Origin: an uncultured Gluconobacter sp.
GTDB lineage: Bacteria > Pseudomonadota > Alphaproteobacteria > Acetobacterales > Acetobacteraceae
Direction: 5' to 3'
Assembly: GCA_937880175.1 (NCBI GenBank)
Contig: CALFLO010000176.1
Location: forward strand, 4,177-68,176
Length of the DNA stretch: 64,000 nucleotides
Under the pieces are notes generated by a model. That model saw only the letters and a program-made list of their open reading frames with translations, made no database searches and was not told the DNA's origin. Below are positions 1 through 9,532 of this stretch, piece by piece (the stretch's first letter is position 1; the number at the start of each line of letters is the position of its first letter). A program made the position numbers and the translations under genes.

Positions 1-1
1 G

Positions 2-241
2 GAAGCGCTTTCAGGGGATGCGGGGCTCTGGAAGGACATTGCCGGGAAATATGGTCTGGCGGAAAGCCGGATCGAACGGCTGGCCTCGGCATGGCACACG
101 GATGCGGATCTGGGGCGTCCGGTGGAGTGCGTGACGGATATGAGCAAAAGCCGCCTCGCGGGGTTTGCGGGATATCAGTACACGCCGGACTCTTTTACCG
201 ATCTGTTCACCCGGCTGCGGGCTGAGAAGCTGATCCCGTAA
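2..241 (+). CDS. 3' end of an SDR / NAD-dependent epimerase-like oxidoreductase (partial; start lies outside the window)
   Basis: The frame is open from the window edge to TAA at 239-241. The translation ...WHTDADLGRPVECVTDMSKSRLAGFAGYQYTPDSFTDLFTRLRAEKLIP resembles C-termini of epimerase/PRISE-type SDRs. It is absent from the ORF track because no start lies in the window. Confidence 0.5.
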   Translation, partial: EALSGDAGLWKDIAGKYGLAESRIERLASAWHTDADLGRPVECVTDMSKSRLAGFAGYQYTPDSFTDLFTRLRAEKLIP

Positions 242-358
242 CAGCTGGGGCGCAGGGCCTTGGGGTTTCATGACCGGAAAGGTCCTGCTTTCCGTTTCAG
301 TCAGTGATATAATGTAGGTTGTATTCTGAATCAGTGGAATGAGCCTGCCTTGCATCGA

Positions 359-2464
359 ATGTTCAGCATGTCCGCCCTGCTCATGGCAGGGTTTCTGGGT
401 CTGGGATCCGTGTCCGCACGGGCGGCGGAGAGTGCGCCTGTTGCGTCCGCGAATGATACCGCGACCCTTGTCACGGATCGCGATGCGGTCGGGCCGGACC
501 AGCATCTGCGGGTCGGGCTGCGGCTTCAGCTCAAGCCGGGCTGGCATACTTACTGGATCAATCCGGGCGATGCCGGAGATACGCCGACGCTGGATGTGAC
601 GGCGGACGGAGATGCGACGGGCAAGGGCGGGCCGATCCACTGGCCGGTGCCGGTGCGGATCAGTGAGGGCGGCCTCATGTCCTATGCCTATGTCAATGAG
701 GTGACGCTGCCGGAGGATCTGGCTCTCAAGGGTTCCGGCGGGACGACGCTTCACGCCCATGCGGAATGGCTTGTCTGTGCGCAGGTCTGCATTCCGGAAA
801 GTGGCGATTTCACACTGACGCTGCCAGCTTCGGCGAGCGAGGTGCCGGCAAATGGTGCGCAGGCGGCGCTGTGCCAGAAGGCAGATGCGGCCATGCCGGT
901 GGCGTCGCCGTTTGCGGCCAGTGTGTCGGGCGATGGCGTGCTGACGCTTTCGGGCAAGGGGCTGTCTGCGGCGTCCGTGTCGCAGGCGTGGTTCCTGTCG
1001 CAGGACGGGGGCGTTATCGATCAGGTTGCGGACCAGCCGTTGCATGTATCGGACGGACAACTGACGCTTGGGCTGAAATTTCTGAAATCGGCGCATCGGG
1101 ACAAGCCACTGGCGGGTGTCGTCGTGCTCAAGGACGCGGCGGGGCAGGAAAGCCCGTTGCAGATCGAGGCGCGACCCGTTGGTGGAGCGGTGGCTGCGCC
1201 TCCTGTGCAGGCGGATGCGGCACCGGCTTCGGACGTGCCGACGGGTGCGGGTTGGCTGCGGGTTCTGCTGTTTGCCTTTGTCGGCGGGCTGATCCTGAAC
1301 CTGATGCCGTGCGTGTTCCCGGTTCTTGCGATGAAGGCGTTGTCTCTGGCGAAAATGGGCGGTGCCGTACGGGGCGCGCAGCTTCAGAGCGCGCTGTTCT
1401 ACACGCTTGGTGTGACGGGGGCGTTTGCGGCTCTGGGCATTGTCATGATCGGGCTGCGTCTGGCCGGATCTGCGGCGGGATGGGGCTTTCAGTTTCAGTC
1501 GCCGGGATTTGTGGTCGGGGTGTGCTGGCTGCTGTTCCTCATGGGGCTGAACCTGCTTGGTGTGTTTGAAGTCAGCGCCGGGCGTCTGGGACAGGTTCAG
1601 ACCGGGGGCGGCCGGAGCGGTGACATGATGACGGGCCTGCTGGCGGTCATCGTGGCGACGCCCTGCACGGCGCCGTTCATGGGGGTCGCCATTGCCGGGG
1701 CTCTGGGTGGACCGCCGGTGATGGGCGTTCTGGTGTTCCTGTCGATGGGGCTAGGGCTGGCGTTTCCGTATATTCTCGTGGCTGGCGTTCCGGGTGTGGC
1801 GTCTCGGATGCCGAAGCCGGGGGCCTGGATGGGCATTCTCAAACAGGTTCTGGCGTTTCCGCTGTTTGCAACCTGTGTCTGGCTGCTCTGGGTCGCGGCG
1901 ATCCAGCGCGGCGTGACGTTCGTGGCGCTGACGGCCGGGGGCGTGGTGCTGCTCGGATTTGCGGGCTGGATCTATGGCGTCGGGCAGCGTCGTTCGATGC
2001 TGGAAGGGGGGCGTGGGACGGTGGCGTTCTGCCGCATCGTGGCCGTGTTCTGTGTCGTGGTCTGCGGTGGCGTTCTGGCGGAAGGCCTGCGGGCAGCCCC
2101 TGAGCCTGTGGCTGCCGGGGCTTCAGAAGCGGGGATCGAGCCGTTTTCCGACGCGCGTCTGGCGGAGCTTCGGGCGCAGGGAAAACCGGTGTTCATCGAC
2201 ATGACGGCATCCTGGTGCATCACCTGCATGGTCAATGAGCGTGTGGCGCTGGATGTGCCCTCCGTTCAGGACGCGTTCCGCACGCGGCATGTCGTGTTTA
2301 TGAAAGGCGACTGGACGAACCGCAACGCCGCGATTTCGGCCTTCCTCAAAGCCCATAACCGCGAGGGTGTGCCGCTTTATGTCTATTACCCGCCAAAGGG
2401 ACAGGAAACGATCCTGCCGCAGATCCTGACGCCGGGTCTCGTTCTGTCGACGATCGGGAACTGA
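359..2464 (+). CDS. DsbD/ScsB-family protein-disulfide reductase (periplasmic N-domain, cytochrome c biogenesis-type TM core, C-terminal thioredoxin)
   Basis: Signal peptide MSALLMAGFLGLGSVSARA. TM-core cysteines occur in LMPCVFPV and ATPCTAPFMG. The C-terminal thioredoxin motif is WCITC. The start is ambiguous (TTG 350, ATG 359 or 368). Confidence 0.85.
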   Translation: MFSMSALLMAGFLGLGSVSARAAESAPVASANDTATLVTDRDAVGPDQHLRVGLRLQLKPGWHTYWINPGDAGDTPTLDVTADGDATGKGGPIHWPVPVRISEGGLMSYAYVNEVTLPEDLALKGSGGTTLHAHAEWLVCAQVCIPESGDFTLTLPASASEVPANGAQAALCQKADAAMPVASPFAASVSGDGVLTLSGKGLSAASVSQAWFLSQDGGVIDQVADQPLHVSDGQLTLGLKFLKSAHRDKPLAGVVVLKDAAGQESPLQIEARPVGGAVAAPPVQADAAPASDVPTGAGWLRVLLFAFVGGLILNLMPCVFPVLAMKALSLAKMGGAVRGAQLQSALFYTLGVTGAFAALGIVMIGLRLAGSAAGWGFQFQSPGFVVGVCWLLFLMGLNLLGVFEVSAGRLGQVQTGGGRSGDMMTGLLAVIVATPCTAPFMGVAIAGALGGPPVMGVLVFLSMGLGLAFPYILVAGVPGVASRMPKPGAWMGILKQVLAFPLFATCVWLLWVAAIQRGVTFVALTAGGVVLLGFAGWIYGVGQRRSMLEGGRGTVAFCRIVAVFCVVVCGGVLAEGLRAAPEPVAAGASEAGIEPFSDARLAELRAQGKPVFIDMTASWCITCMVNERVALDVPSVQDAFRTRHVVFMKGDWTNRNAAISAFLKAHNREGVPLYVYYPPKGQETILPQILTPGLVLSTIGN

Positions 2465-2482
2465 CGGATGGGCCGGGATGCC

Positions 2483-2917
2483 ATGCGGATCAAGACGCTG
2501 GCATTCGGGTTATGTGTGATTATCTCGGGCGTGGCAGGGCTGTTGCCCCGATCATGGGCCGCGCCTTCGGCAACGACGAAGGTGGCGGTCCCGCATGCGT
2601 CGAATCCGTTCGCCGGGATGCCGGTTTTGGCGAATACGCAGCTTGACTCGGCACCTTCCGACCCGGCTTCGGTGGCTGGACGGAACGAGGAAATCAGGGT
2701 GCTGGGTCATCGCATGCCACGCCCCATGCCCGTCAAGCCTCTCATTCCCCAGCATCAGTTCGCTGATGGCCATACCGAGGCTTACGTGCCGCTCTGGCCC
2801 GGGAAAACAGTTCTGGTGAGGTTCGGCGAAGATATGGACCATGATCCGGTGACGGGGACCGGCACATCCCGCTTTGGCGAGGCCTATTCGGAGACCTCGC
2901 CGTTACGGCCGCGATAG
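2483..2917 (+). CDS. hypothetical exported protein
   Basis: The ORF lies directly after the dsbD-like stop. It has a signal-peptide-like N-terminus (MRIKTLAFGLCVIISGVAGLL). I recognise no motif. Confidence 0.5.
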   Translation: MRIKTLAFGLCVIISGVAGLLPRSWAAPSATTKVAVPHASNPFAGMPVLANTQLDSAPSDPASVAGRNEEIRVLGHRMPRPMPVKPLIPQHQFADGHTEAYVPLWPGKTVLVRFGEDMDHDPVTGTGTSRFGEAYSETSPLRPR

Positions 2918-2920
2918 GGG

Positions 2921-3442
2921 CTAGCGGCCCGTGTTGCGGGGATCGTCCTGCGGGTTGACATAGGCCATGCTGAACGGTCCCGTGCCCGAAACCTGAAGAA
3001 CCGCGCCCTGGCTTCCCGCCTTGATGGCATGGGGTACGTTGACAGGCAGATGCACGAAGCCGCCTGGGCCCAGATGGCGCTGCTGTGTTGCGGAAAGGTC
3101 CTGTCCCACGAAATGCTGGATATCGCCGCTGATGACAGTGAGCATCTCATCCAGATTATGGGTGTGGGGCGGGATGAACGAGCCTGAAGGCATCATGACG
3201 CGCAGGGTGAACGGCCCCGGTTTTGCAGTATCGCCCGTCAGAATGGCAATTCTCGTTCCATGCGGGAACATCGGAGGCGCAGGCTGCCATTTCACGGCGT
3301 CCGAACCTGGAATGATCGTAACGCCGGAAAGGTTCTGCCCGGGTTCGGTCGGAACCGGAGCTGCATGAGTCAGTGATGTGAGTGTCAGCGCCGCGCCAAG
3401 AAGCAGGGCTGAACTGGCAGATTTTTTTCTGGAAAGGAGCAT
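2921..3442 (-). CDS. secreted cupin-domain protein
   Basis: Signal peptide MLLSRKKSASSALLLGAALTLTSLTHA. Cupin metal-site-like motifs PPHTHNLDE and VHLPVNVPH. A strong SD (GGAGGAG) lies upstream. Confidence 0.75.
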   Translation of the reverse strand: MLLSRKKSASSALLLGAALTLTSLTHAAPVPTEPGQNLSGVTIIPGSDAVKWQPAPPMFPHGTRIAILTGDTAKPGPFTLRVMMPSGSFIPPHTHNLDEMLTVISGDIQHFVGQDLSATQQRHLGPGGFVHLPVNVPHAIKAGSQGAVLQVSGTGPFSMAYVNPQDDPRNTGR

Positions 3443-3447
3443 TAGGG

Positions 3448-3512
3448 GGGTCTCCTCCGTCCTCTGGGGGATGTGTGCGTGCCGTGTTGCGGCAACGCAG
3501 CGGAGGAGACCC
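3448..3512 (-). promoter_or_regulatory. SD-sequestering hairpin in the cupin gene leader (12-bp perfect inverted repeat)
   Basis: On the minus-strand RNA, GGGUCUCCUCCG (3512-3501) is perfectly complementary to CGGAGGAGACCC (3459-3448). The second arm contains the SD, just upstream of the ATG at 3442. The loop is 41 nt. Confidence 0.35.
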
Positions 3513-3553
3513 GGTTCGGAACAGGGAGCAGGACTGGTCCCTGTTTTCCGTGA

Positions 3554-5881
3554 TCAGAAGGCCGTGGAGACCGTTCCCGTCATGGTGAAGCGCGGGGCGA
3601 CCATGAAAGAGTTTCCGTATCCGGTATAGGACGCCATGTTGCCGCTGTAGATCGTGCTCGGGTCCTTGGCGCTGTAGACCGCGCCCATGGCGCCGGTGCG
3701 GACGACGGAGCCTGTGAGGTTCGTGAAGTTCAGGCGGAACGTCGGGGACTGCGCGAACATGAACGGCTTGAAGTGATAGCCCATCGAGAGCGTATCGGTG
3801 ACGTAGCCGGGGATGCGCTGGTCGCCGGCGATGCTGACGGACTGCGGGCCGGTATAGTGGACGGAGCCGTTCGCGAAGAAGCCTTTATAGGTGTAGGTCA
3901 GGCCGAAATTCGCAATGACATGCGGGGCCATGACGGCCTGCGTGCCCTTGGAATGCAGCATCGTGTTCAGATACGGATCGAAGACGTTGCTGTCCTGTGA
4001 GGCGTGCAGGTATTCGACCGAGGCGTAGGGGCTGAAGCCGTGGATGGGGCGTGCGGCGACCATCACGTCAAAGCCACGCATCTGCTGGTTGCCCACATTG
4101 AACGGCTTGTAGCTGTTCATGCCGACATACTGGTCCACGATGCGGTTCGTGACGTTGTAATTGAAGAACGCGACGTCCGCGATGATGTGGTCGTCGTGGT
4201 AGCGGTAGCCGAGTTCTTCCTTGATGGAATACTGGTTCTTGGGGATCGCGACGCTGGTATACAGCCAGCCGAGATCGACCGCGCTGGGCTGGCGATAATC
4301 ACCTTCAACGTTCAGGTAGATCTGGCTGTTGTTATTGATGCGATAGCCAATCGAAAGCTGCGGCAGCGGTGCGGTGCGGTTGGCTTCCTGACGGCCGTAA
4401 TAATCCTTGTTCCAGATGTTCGTCATGACGAACTTGAAGCCGGCATCCACGGTCAGGTGATCGTTGAAATACTTGGCCGTGTCATGCACGAACAGCGAGT
4501 GGATCTCGTAACCGGCCGTCTGTTTGTCGCCGGCGGAAATCAGATAGGACGCATTGTTCGGGCTCGGCGCATTGCCGTCCGGCATCTGGTAGCTGGTGGG
4601 ATAGGACTGGATCGTCTGGGTGTTTTCATACCAGTAGCCGACCGAGAACGTGTTGTGGCGGTCGATTTCCCAGTTGAGTTTCGCAACCGTTCCGACCGAG
4701 CGGTATTCGTTTTGCAGGAAGTAGTTGGTCAGGCCGCGCGTGGCGCCGGTCTCGTCGGTTGTGGTGCCGCCCGGGGAGGCGTCCCAGCCCTGTCCGAAGC
4801 TAAAATACGGGTGGATGTCGAGCGACAGGCGGGATGGCAGCGCGATATGGACCGGAGCCGAGATGAAGATCTGGTTCCAGTGGTCGTTGTTGTTGCCCCA
4901 GTAGTTGTTGCTCTTGCGGTCGTCCGTGCGGCCATAGCCCTGTCCGGTGTGCTTGTAGCGGAAGAACTGGTCGGAGGTGGGGTAGTTGTCGATGATGAAG
5001 TCGGCCGAGTTCCAGGACAGGAAGAACTTGGCGTTGGAACCGTTGTGCCAGTCTTTCTGAAGGCCGAAATCGATATGCTTGCGCTGGTTGGTGCCAGCAC
5101 CCATCCACGACCGGGCATGTGTGTTGGAGAACGAAAAATAACCGCGCACGCCGCTATGCCCGATTTCGCCGGATTCGAGGCGAAGGAACTCACGCGACAG
5201 GTTGTTGGTGCCGTAGGAAAAATCGATCAGGCCACCCCGTTTCTGCGCGGGGGTGCGGGTTTCCTCGGCCATGACGCCACCGGCGGCCGACATGACAGGC
5301 AGATCCGTCGCGGACGAACCGGGGGTAACGCTGACGCTTTCAAGGTTTTCCGAATCGACGTTTTCGCTGAGATACTTGGCGGCGGCAGCGGGAGCGCCGT
5401 CCACCATCAGGCCCATATCGAGATCGGTCAGGCCGCGGGACTGGATCTGTCCGCCTTCCATGCCTGACGAATCCGGTGTCGTAACATTCAGGCTCGGCAG
5501 GTTCTGGATCAGGTCGAGCGCCGTGCTGGTCGGCGCGCGCATGTCGATGAACTCTTTCGTGACGGTCTGCACGGCATGGGGCGCGGTCTCGACGCGCATC
5601 ATGCCACCACCACCATTGAGGGCGCGGCGCGAGGACGTGACGGAGACCGTTTCGGCAGCGGAGGCATCAAGCGCATGCGGGCGCGGTTTTACGACCGGAC
5701 GGCTTGGTGCTGCGGCGGTGCGTGCCGTGCTGCGGCCGGCGGCATGATGGCGCGAAACGGGGTGTTTCGTAGTCTGCGCGGCGCGGGCGTCTGTGCCGAA
5801 AGCGACAAGGACACTGCCGGCGAGACAGGTCACTGCGAGAAGCTGGCGTCGATAGCCCGGTGACCAACGGTTGTCTTTCAT
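3554..5881 (-). CDS. TonB-dependent outer-membrane receptor
   Basis: 776 aa counted from MKDNRWSPGYRRQLLAVTCLAGSVLVAFG (signal peptide). It has a plug region followed by a long beta-barrel with the typical aromatic-rich pattern and a terminal ...TVSTAF. The track ORF runs on to 6109 and overlaps the LysR gene, so the ATG at 5881 is preferred. Confidence 0.9.
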   Translation of the reverse strand: MKDNRWSPGYRRQLLAVTCLAGSVLVAFGTDARAAQTTKHPVSRHHAAGRSTARTAAAPSRPVVKPRPHALDASAAETVSVTSSRRALNGGGGMMRVETAPHAVQTVTKEFIDMRAPTSTALDLIQNLPSLNVTTPDSSGMEGGQIQSRGLTDLDMGLMVDGAPAAAAKYLSENVDSENLESVSVTPGSSATDLPVMSAAGGVMAEETRTPAQKRGGLIDFSYGTNNLSREFLRLESGEIGHSGVRGYFSFSNTHARSWMGAGTNQRKHIDFGLQKDWHNGSNAKFFLSWNSADFIIDNYPTSDQFFRYKHTGQGYGRTDDRKSNNYWGNNNDHWNQIFISAPVHIALPSRLSLDIHPYFSFGQGWDASPGGTTTDETGATRGLTNYFLQNEYRSVGTVAKLNWEIDRHNTFSVGYWYENTQTIQSYPTSYQMPDGNAPSPNNASYLISAGDKQTAGYEIHSLFVHDTAKYFNDHLTVDAGFKFVMTNIWNKDYYGRQEANRTAPLPQLSIGYRINNNSQIYLNVEGDYRQPSAVDLGWLYTSVAIPKNQYSIKEELGYRYHDDHIIADVAFFNYNVTNRIVDQYVGMNSYKPFNVGNQQMRGFDVMVAARPIHGFSPYASVEYLHASQDSNVFDPYLNTMLHSKGTQAVMAPHVIANFGLTYTYKGFFANGSVHYTGPQSVSIAGDQRIPGYVTDTLSMGYHFKPFMFAQSPTFRLNFTNLTGSVVRTGAMGAVYSAKDPSTIYSGNMASYTGYGNSFMVAPRFTMTGTVSTAF

Positions 5882-6071
5882 GCTGCCGGGCTCCTGTCCT
5901 GTCGAAACGAAAGGTTCACTTTGGGAACGGTATTTATTCGAAACGTGGATGTAAAACGGATGGCCTATCTGCATCAAAGATAAAATGCAGGGCAGGCCAT
6001 TGCCGTTTTTAGAGTGGTGCAAAAATGTGACAGTCTGTGTCTCCCGATAATTGCAGGAGACAGGGCGGCGG

Positions 6072-6983
6072 CTACGCTTTCGCGGCGGGGGAGAGAAACT
6101 CCTTTTCAAGCTCGGAAATCACCAGCCGCGCGGCACCGGAAAGCTGGCGTGAATGGTCTACGCACAGGGCAAGCGTCAGGGGGGCAAGATCGTGATTGGA
6201 AATGGGAATAAAGGCCAGCTCCCCGCGCGTGACCTCGTCCATGACATCCAGAGCGCTGAGGATTCCGAGGCCGACACCTTCGCGGACCAGGGATTTGATC
6301 ATCTGGATGTTGTCGGACGTGGCGGCGGCCTGGATGTCCAGATTGCTGTCGATTTCGAGGATTTCGATCTGGCGTTGCAGGGCGAGCGGCGCGCCGGGCA
6401 TGATCATCGGGTAATTCATGGCCAGACTGAAGCGGGCGCTTTTGCGCTCGGCGACGGGGTGGTTCGGCAGGCAGACGAAACCGAGCGGAAAGTCCTTGTG
6501 GGCGCGCACCAGCAGACCACGGGCATGGGTCGGATTGAGGAGCAGCGCGACATCGACCGAGCCGTCGATCAGGGTGCTCTGGATGCGGCTGTTGTCGAGG
6601 ACATGGGTGCAGATCGTGATGCCAGGATGGGTCGTGCGCATGGCGCGGAGCAGGCGCGGCAGGAAGCCGCGGGTCAGGGCGTCAGGAACGGCAATGTCCA
6701 CCTGCCCCCGGCGCAGGCCGCGCATGTCCTCGATCTGGACGCACATATTGGTCAGATCCCGCGACCACTGCTTGCCATGGGCATAAAGCAGCTCGCCCGT
6801 AGCGGTCAGGCGCAGGCCGGTGGGGAGGCGCTCGAACAGGGGTGTGCCGAGGGACTCCTCGCCTTGCAGGATTTGCCGGTCGATGGCGGAGGCGGCGATG
6901 CGCAGATGTTCGGAAGCGCGGCGGATGGAGCCGTGCTGGGCGACGGCGAGGAAGTAGCGCAGGAAGCGTGAGAAAACAGGCAT
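6072..6983 (-). CDS. LysR-family transcriptional regulator
   Basis: N-terminal HTH: FLRYFLAVAQHGSIRRASEHLRIAASAIDRQILQGEESLGTPLFERLPTGLRLT. It is divergent from the purine-catabolism operon. Confidence 0.9.
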   Translation of the reverse strand: MPVFSRFLRYFLAVAQHGSIRRASEHLRIAASAIDRQILQGEESLGTPLFERLPTGLRLTATGELLYAHGKQWSRDLTNMCVQIEDMRGLRRGQVDIAVPDALTRGFLPRLLRAMRTTHPGITICTHVLDNSRIQSTLIDGSVDVALLLNPTHARGLLVRAHKDFPLGFVCLPNHPVAERKSARFSLAMNYPMIMPGAPLALQRQIEILEIDSNLDIQAAATSDNIQMIKSLVREGVGLGILSALDVMDEVTRGELAFIPISNHDLAPLTLALCVDHSRQLSGAARLVISELEKEFLSPAAKA

Positions 6984-7065
6984 GGAATAACTGCTCTCTT
7001 TTTGAGAACGGGAGGAGCGTTTTTATGGAGTATACGACCTTGAGGTGGTGTGAAACTATCCCGGG

Positions 7066-7082
7066 CAACAGGTGACCTGTTG
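7066..7082. promoter_or_regulatory. 17-bp perfect palindrome CAACAGGTgACCTGTTG followed by a T-run (operator or attenuator candidate)
   Basis: It lies in the divergent LysR / FAD-oxidoreductase intergenic region, 76 nt upstream of the ATG at 7158. Confidence 0.3.
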
Positions 7083-7157
7083 TTTTTGATGCGGAAAGAC
7101 ACTCCGGCGGCGTCCGGATGTTGTCCTGCCCGTTCCGGTTCTTTGGGATTTGACCAC

Positions 7158-8618
7158 ATGACATCCACCGTTTCTCCCGTCGATGCTCCGGCTATGGAGG
7201 CTTTGGCCGCGCTTTCGGGGCGCGTGCGGGAGGATCTGGCGAAAATCCGCTATGCGACGGGCAACTGGAGCCTGACGCAGGATCGGGACGGGGAAGCGGT
7301 TCTGGATGTGGCGATCATCGGCGCGGGACAGGGGGGCATCACGGCGTGCTTCGGTCTGCGCCGGCAGGGCGTGACCAATGTAGAAGTCTTTGAAAAGGCG
7401 TCCAAAGGCGGCGAAGGCCCGTGGGTGACGTTTGCGCGCATGATTACGCTGCGTACGCCCAAGCATGTAACCGGGCCGGATCTGGGGATTCCGAATCTGA
7501 CCCCACAGTCCTGGTTCGAGGCGCGGTATGGAGCGAAGGCCTGGGAGGATCTGGACAAGATTTCCCGCCATGACTGGCAGGCCTATCTGGACTGGGTGCG
7601 GCAGACGCTCGACATCCCGGTCGTGAACGATCAGGAACTGGTGCATGTGGGCTGGGATGACGGGCTGCTGCGGCTGACGTTCCGCAATGCGGCTGGTCAG
7701 GAAACGGTGCGTCTGGCGCGGCGGATGGTGCTGGCGACGGGCATCGAGGGTGGCGGGACGTGGCATGTGCCGTCCTTCATTTCCGACACGCTGCCGAAAT
7801 CCGTTTATGCGCACACGCATGAAGACATTGATTTCGCGTCGCTGAAGGGCAAGCGGATCGGTGTTCTGGGCGCGGGTGCGTCTGCATTCGACAATGCGGC
7901 AACGGCGTTGGAAAAGGGCGCCGGGCGGGTGGATCTGTGTCTGCGTCGGGCGAAAATCCCGGCCATCAATCCGTATCGCTGGATGGAAAATGCAGGCTTT
8001 CTTGCGCATTTCTCGGAACTGCCGGATCTGACGCGCTGGCGTTTCATGCGGCAGATCTACAGCCTGAACCAGCCGCCGCCGCAGGACACGTTCTGGCGCT
8101 GCCGCCGTCATGAAAACTTTGCCTTTCATCCCGGAACGCCTTGGACGGCGACGCGGATGGACGGAGACGAGATCGTGGTGACGACGCCGCAGGGTGAGAT
8201 GCGGTTTGATTTCCTGATCATCGGGACGGGGTTTTCGATTGATCTGTCACACCGGCCGGAAACGCGGGATTTTGCGTCTTCGGTTCTGCTGTGGAGCGAT
8301 CGTTTCACGCCGCCTTCCGGGGAAGACAGCGCGCTTCTGGGCAGCCATCCTTACCTGGGCGCGCGGTTCCAGTTTTTGCCGAAAGATGCGGCTGATCCCA
8401 AGGCCCCGATGCTGGCGGCGATCTACAATTTCACGTTCGGGGCCATGCCGAGCATGGGGCTTTCCGGCGCGTCCATCAGCGGGATGCGCTTTGGCGTGGA
8501 GAAGCTGGCGCGGGGCATTGCGCGCGATCTGTTCGTCGAGGACGGCGACAAACATCTGGCGAGCCTTCTGGCCTATGACACGGAAGAACTCGTCAGCCTC
8601 GATCCGCCGGCTCTTTGA
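7158..8618 (+). CDS. FAD/NAD(P)-binding oxidoreductase (two-dinucleotide-fold flavoprotein monooxygenase-like); first gene of the urate catabolism operon
   Basis: Two GxGxxG motifs (VAIIGAGQGG and IGVLGAGASAF). The ATG at 7158 (MTSTVSPVD) is preferred over the upstream track start at 7050. Its stop is 15 nt before puuE. Confidence 0.8.
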   Translation: MTSTVSPVDAPAMEALAALSGRVREDLAKIRYATGNWSLTQDRDGEAVLDVAIIGAGQGGITACFGLRRQGVTNVEVFEKASKGGEGPWVTFARMITLRTPKHVTGPDLGIPNLTPQSWFEARYGAKAWEDLDKISRHDWQAYLDWVRQTLDIPVVNDQELVHVGWDDGLLRLTFRNAAGQETVRLARRMVLATGIEGGGTWHVPSFISDTLPKSVYAHTHEDIDFASLKGKRIGVLGAGASAFDNAATALEKGAGRVDLCLRRAKIPAINPYRWMENAGFLAHFSELPDLTRWRFMRQIYSLNQPPPQDTFWRCRRHENFAFHPGTPWTATRMDGDEIVVTTPQGEMRFDFLIIGTGFSIDLSHRPETRDFASSVLLWSDRFTPPSGEDSALLGSHPYLGARFQFLPKDAADPKAPMLAAIYNFTFGAMPSMGLSGASISGMRFGVEKLARGIARDLFVEDGDKHLASLLAYDTEELVSLDPPAL

Positions 8619-8632
8619 GAAGGGACACGCCC

Positions 8633-9532
8633 ATGACGCAGGAAATCTATCCGCGGGACATGATCGGGTATGGCCGCACGCCGCCTGATGCGAAATGGCC
8701 GAACGGCGCGCGCATCGCCGTTCAGTTCGTCATCAATTACGAGGAAGGGGCGGAGAACTCGGTCCTGCATGGCGATGCGGGGTCTGAAGCGTTCCTGTCC
8801 GAAATGGTGGGCACGAAATCCATCATCGGGGCGCGCTGTGCGCAGATGGAGAGCCTGTACGAATATGGCAGCCGGGCCGGATTCTGGCGGTTGCGTCGTC
8901 TGTTTGACGAAGCCGGGATGCCGGTCACGGTATTTGGGGTGGCGAAGGCGCTGGCCCGCAATTCGGACGCTGTAGCGGCCATGAAGGAGAGTGGCTGGGA
9001 AATTGCGTCTCACGGTTTGCGCTGGATTGATTATCAGGATTTTCCCGAGGATGTGGAGCGGGCGCATATCCGCGAGGCCATTGCGCTGCATACCGAAGTC
9101 ACGGGAGAGCGGCCGCTTGGCTGGTATCAGGGGCGCACGAGCCCGAACACGGCGCGTCTGGTCGCGGAGGAAGGCGGGTTTGTTTACGACGCCGATTCCT
9201 ATGCGGATGATCTGCCATATTACGATCGCTCTAATGGCCGGGCGCAGCTGATCGTGCCCTATACGCTTGATGCGAATGACATGAAGTTCGCCGCGCTGAA
9301 CGGCTTTACGGAAGGCGAGCAGTTCTTCACCTATCTGCGTGATGCGTTTGACATGCTGTACCGCGAAGGCGGGAGGATGATGTCGATCGGGCTGCATTGC
9401 CGTCTGGCGGGCAAGCCGGCGCGGGCGCTGGGGCTGCTGAAGTTTCTGGAGCATATCCGCAAGCATGAGGATGTGTGGGTGGCGACGCGGCTGGATATCG
9501 CGCGGCACTGGCAGTCTGTGCATCCGGCATGA
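8633..9532 (+). CDS. puuE: allantoinase PuuE (polysaccharide deacetylase family)
   Basis: MTQEIYPRDMIGYGRTPPDAKWPNGARIAVQFVINYEEGAENSVLHGD is typical of PuuE. Its stop overlaps the uraD start (ATGA). Confidence 0.85.
   Translation: MTQEIYPRDMIGYGRTPPDAKWPNGARIAVQFVINYEEGAENSVLHGDAGSEAFLSEMVGTKSIIGARCAQMESLYEYGSRAGFWRLRRLFDEAGMPVTVFGVAKALARNSDAVAAMKESGWEIASHGLRWIDYQDFPEDVERAHIREAIALHTEVTGERPLGWYQGRTSPNTARLVAEEGGFVYDADSYADDLPYYDRSNGRAQLIVPYTLDANDMKFAALNGFTEGEQFFTYLRDAFDMLYREGGRMMSIGLHCRLAGKPARALGLLKFLEHIRKHEDVWVATRLDIARHWQSVHPA

Noticed and set aside
4004-5467. 487-aa plus-strand ORF antisense to the first TonB-dependent receptor gene
   Set aside because: It is a shadow ORF. The receptor's signal peptide, plug, barrel and terminal Phe are all on the minus strand.
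5882-6109. N-terminal 76-codon extension of the TonB-receptor ORF in the track
   Set aside because: The extension overlaps the 3' end of the LysR gene and is Arg/Ser/Pro-rich. A proper signal peptide begins at ATG 5881.
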